Shown here in pieces: positions 24,326 to 26,028 of a stretch of 26,028 bases of DNA. Position 1 is the stretch's first letter, and every line of letters starts with the position of its first letter. The DNA lies in the IMG/VR virus record IMGVR_UViG_3300014208_000272, positions 1 through 26,028 of that record; one strand, given 5' to 3'. The notes under the pieces were generated by a model, which saw only the letters and a program-made list of their open reading frames with translations, was not told the origin of the DNA and did not search any database. This DNA comes from a virus. Its lineage: Duplodnaviria > Caudoviricetes. Both the position numbers and the translations under genes were made by a program.

Positions 24326-24835
24326 CGGTTTCTCGCTTTGATTAAATAAATTGAAATGCGCGGCGGCCAGATCATTTAAGCCATCTAGCGCGGGATAGTT
24401 GCAGAGAGCGGCCATCAATAAGCCGGTTACACTGCCTGTTTGTTGATCGAATTGGATTACTGGTGAAATGTAGCGGTATTCTTTGGCTTGAATTGCAGAC
24501 TTTGCTTTATCCGTCCATTGAACATCTGTTGCGAATAGTCCTAAGCCTTTCCGCCAGTCCAGTTTAGCGAACCATCCGGCAGCAGGTGCGGGTGCGCCGT
24601 TAGTCTTGGCGTGTAAGGTTTGGTGGTCGTAATCGATCAGGAATTGATCGGTTTGATTAATTGCGGAATTGAGTATCGAAGTGGCCCCGGTATCATCCAT
24701 CGTCCATGACTCTATGCCCTTTGGTCTTCCATCCTTTGCTCTGAATTTTCCGGCAGGCAATAATTTAATCTCGGTGGGTACATTGCCGCCGAGTTCTATT
24801 AATTGCGCTGAAAGTGCTATCGATTGTTTGTGCAT
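23831..24835 (-). CDS. Mu gpI-like prohead protease with C-terminal scaffold region (334 aa)
   Basis: LLPAG.F...DGRP, IDYDHQT, APAAGW, EYRYISPV and AALCNYPALDG motifs. Confidence 0.93.
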   Translation of the reverse strand: MHKQSIALSAQLIELGGNVPTEIKLLPAGKFRAKDGRPKGIESWTMDDTGATSILNSAINQTDQFLIDYDHQTLHAKTNGAPAPAAGWFAKLDWRKGLGLFATDVQWTDKAKSAIQAKEYRYISPVIQFDQQTGSVTGLLMAALCNYPALDGLNDLAAAHFNLFNQSEKPMNKEQLEALGLAEGADDAAILSAINALKTQAAKVETLTAQIATLAIPDPAKFVPVDAVTALQAQLATLTATVNADKISKLIEPALADGRLLPALKQWAETYGKADYEGLSAFLSLAKPIAALAGTQTGGIQPVPGLSALTAEEKDVAQALGLSDEEMIANREAA

Positions 24836-24863
24836 GTTTAATTATTAGACTAATCCAATAAAA

Positions 24864-24883
24864 AAACAATGTTTAATTAATTT
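24864..24883 (-). promoter_or_regulatory. Late-promoter element candidate upstream of the protease gene
   Basis: AAATTAATTAAACATTGTTT on the minus strand, 18/20 identical to 4977-4996 on the plus strand. The position is equivalent to Mu late promoter PI. Confidence 0.6.
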
Positions 24884-24915
24884 TATTTGATAATTAATTA
24901 TTGGTGTTAAGCGTG

Positions 24916-25401
24916 TTAAACGCTCCTTTCAATATGCCTGGCTATAATTTGCAAAATATCAGCCTCCCAGGTTGCCGGGAATCCGCCTGCTTGCGTAGGT
25001 AAAAACTCCCGCGCCGGAATAGTGCCCCAAGGGATCGGCGTACCTCTACGTGTTAGTCCATACTGTCCCTTAGCCGCGCCTTGCTGGTGGGTTATGCCGT
25101 ATTTCTCTTTCGTGCCTATCGTTACCTCAAACCTACTTGGGTTAAAAGTGATCGAGTTCATGAGACGTCCAGTGTCATTGAGCGGTTTATTGCTCTGATT
25201 TCTACGTTTTCGTATTGTTGACTCTGCTAAAGCTGCCCACGGTGATCCATAGGGATTTGTCGTATCTCTGAAGCCGCCATAAACCCGGCCAGTAACCAGT
25301 GCGCCAAGGTCGTGCATGGCTGGCAACATATCATTTACGTTAGCCCGTAACCGTGCAAGTGCGGCATCAATGGCGCGGGTATCCATGGTTATTTCAATCA
25401 T
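24916..25401 (-). CDS. Mu gpG-like virion morphogenesis protein (161 aa)
   Basis: PYGSPWAALAEST...KPLNDTGRLMNSI...IGT...YGITHQ.G...IPAREFL. Confidence 0.92.
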   Translation of the reverse strand: MIEITMDTRAIDAALARLRANVNDMLPAMHDLGALVTGRVYGGFRDTTNPYGSPWAALAESTIRKRRNQSNKPLNDTGRLMNSITFNPSRFEVTIGTKEKYGITHQQGAAKGQYGLTRRGTPIPWGTIPAREFLPTQAGGFPATWEADILQIIARHIERSV

Positions 25402-25604
25402 CGAAGCATCCGAAACGGAGGCCCATCAAGCAAGCCAAAACAGTTAAGCACCATAATTAACAGAATTAATCCGGCAAGCAGACGAATTAATACCATAACA
25501 GGTGGTGGCAATGTTAAAAGTTGAGAAAGCAGCATCTCGACTATGTACAGTATGATTAATATGACTATCAACCATACGATTAAATACACTAAACAAGAGA
25601 GCAT
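25398..25604 (-). CDS. Small two-TM membrane protein (68 aa from ATG 25604; alternative start 25631)
   Basis: Two very hydrophobic helices separated by LTLPPPV. AGGA site upstream of 25604. ATGA-coupled to gpG. Confidence 0.7.
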   Translation of the reverse strand: MLSCLVYLIVWLIVILIILYIVEMLLSQLLTLPPPVMVLIRLLAGLILLIMVLNCFGLLDGPPFRMLR

Positions 25605-25611
25605 GATTATT

Positions 25612-26028
25612 TCATCCTGGGTTAAATTCATTAAGTTTAGTCTCGACTCGTTTTATCTCGTCTAAGATAAAATAAGTTTCTGGCAGTAATTTAAGCTTTT
25701 CCAGATAACTTTGCAATTCCTGCGGTGTTGCCACGGCGATTATATCAGGTGTCGTTGGCGTGACGTTGTGCGTGATAACTTGCTGCGCGGCTATCATACC
25801 GGCATTAGCGGCGTTGTGTTGAGTGAGAACTTCTTTCATGGCATTAAGCAGTGGCGCGGGTGCGCTTATCTCCCTGCCTGCCAGTGCATTATTGATTCCT
25901 TTCATGACATCCTGGCCTGGGTTGTAGTCCCATCCTGGCTGTGGTTGCATTGCCTCTAGGTCGACTGGCTTGTTAAGGCCATGGTCAGTGCCGCGTGATC
26001 GGTTTATTGCTTCGTTGGCCGTGATCTG
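25612..26028 (-). CDS. C-terminal part of a Mu gpF-like head morphogenesis protein (starts beyond the right edge)
   Basis: The frame is open from 26028 (QITANEAINRSRG...). The PQPGWDYNPG motif is typical of gpF proteins, and it lies upstream of gpG. Confidence 0.8.
   Translation of the reverse strand, partial: QITANEAINRSRGTDHGLNKPVDLEAMQPQPGWDYNPGQDVMKGINNALAGREISAPAPLLNAMKEVLTQHNAANAGMIAAQQVITHNVTPTTPDIIAVATPQELQSYLEKLKLLPETYFILDEIKRVETKLNEFNPG

Larger units (their letters stand above)
1..26028 (-). mobile_element. Mu-like siphovirus (pro)phage, head-neck-tail morphogenesis region, partial at both ends
   Basis: Gene order gpF-gpG-gpI-decoration-gpT-gp35-gp36-gp37 follows the Mu head module. 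It is followed by tail tube, chaperones and tape measure, with no sheath or baseplate wedge genes. No host genes or ends are in the window. Confidence 0.92.

Noticed and set aside
7315-25959. Numerous short alternative-frame or antisense ORFs inside long genes (e.g. 7315-7632, 10786-11031, 13603-14034, 14075-14437, 16677-16973, 19976-20281, 21204-21482, 23803-24096, 25711-25959)
   Set aside because: They overlap well-supported phage genes almost entirely and show no motifs or ribosome-binding sites.
1-26028. CRISPR array, tRNA/rRNA genes, IS elements, alternative genetic code
   Set aside because: No periodic repeats, cloverleaf or transposase were seen. Genes are full length and densely packed under the standard code, with TAA, TAG and TGA all used as stops.

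Overview
The whole window is the virion-morphogenesis region of a Mu-like, long non-contractile-tailed phage or prophage, transcribed mostly on the minus strand. Right to left: C-terminus of a gpF-like head morphogenesis protein, a small membrane protein, gpG-like protein, gpI-like protease with a probable nested scaffold, a probable head decoration protein, gpT-like major capsid protein, gp35/gp36/gp37-like neck proteins, a tail tube with an inserted domain, tail assembly chaperones joined by a -1 frameshift, a 1654-aa tape measure and tail-tip proteins. The distal tail region is strongly mosaic. It has a plus-strand helicase-DNA methyltransferase fusion with a small membrane protein, an SGNH hydrolase, and a plus-strand four-gene cassette ending in a LamG-like domain fused to a tail-tip domain. 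It also has a head-spike-fibre-like gene and a >884-aa ORF missing from the ORF track (signal peptide, degenerate purple acid phosphatase, two FN3 repeats, right-handed beta-helix). Non-coding highlights are a ~20-bp palindromic motif shared by two promoter regions 20 kb apart and a predicted RNA pseudoknot ahead of a gene inserted in the tail operon. Family assignments come from recalled motifs and gene order, not from database searches. No transposase, integrase, lysis gene, tRNA, CRISPR array or host gene is visible, so prophage versus free phage cannot be decided.
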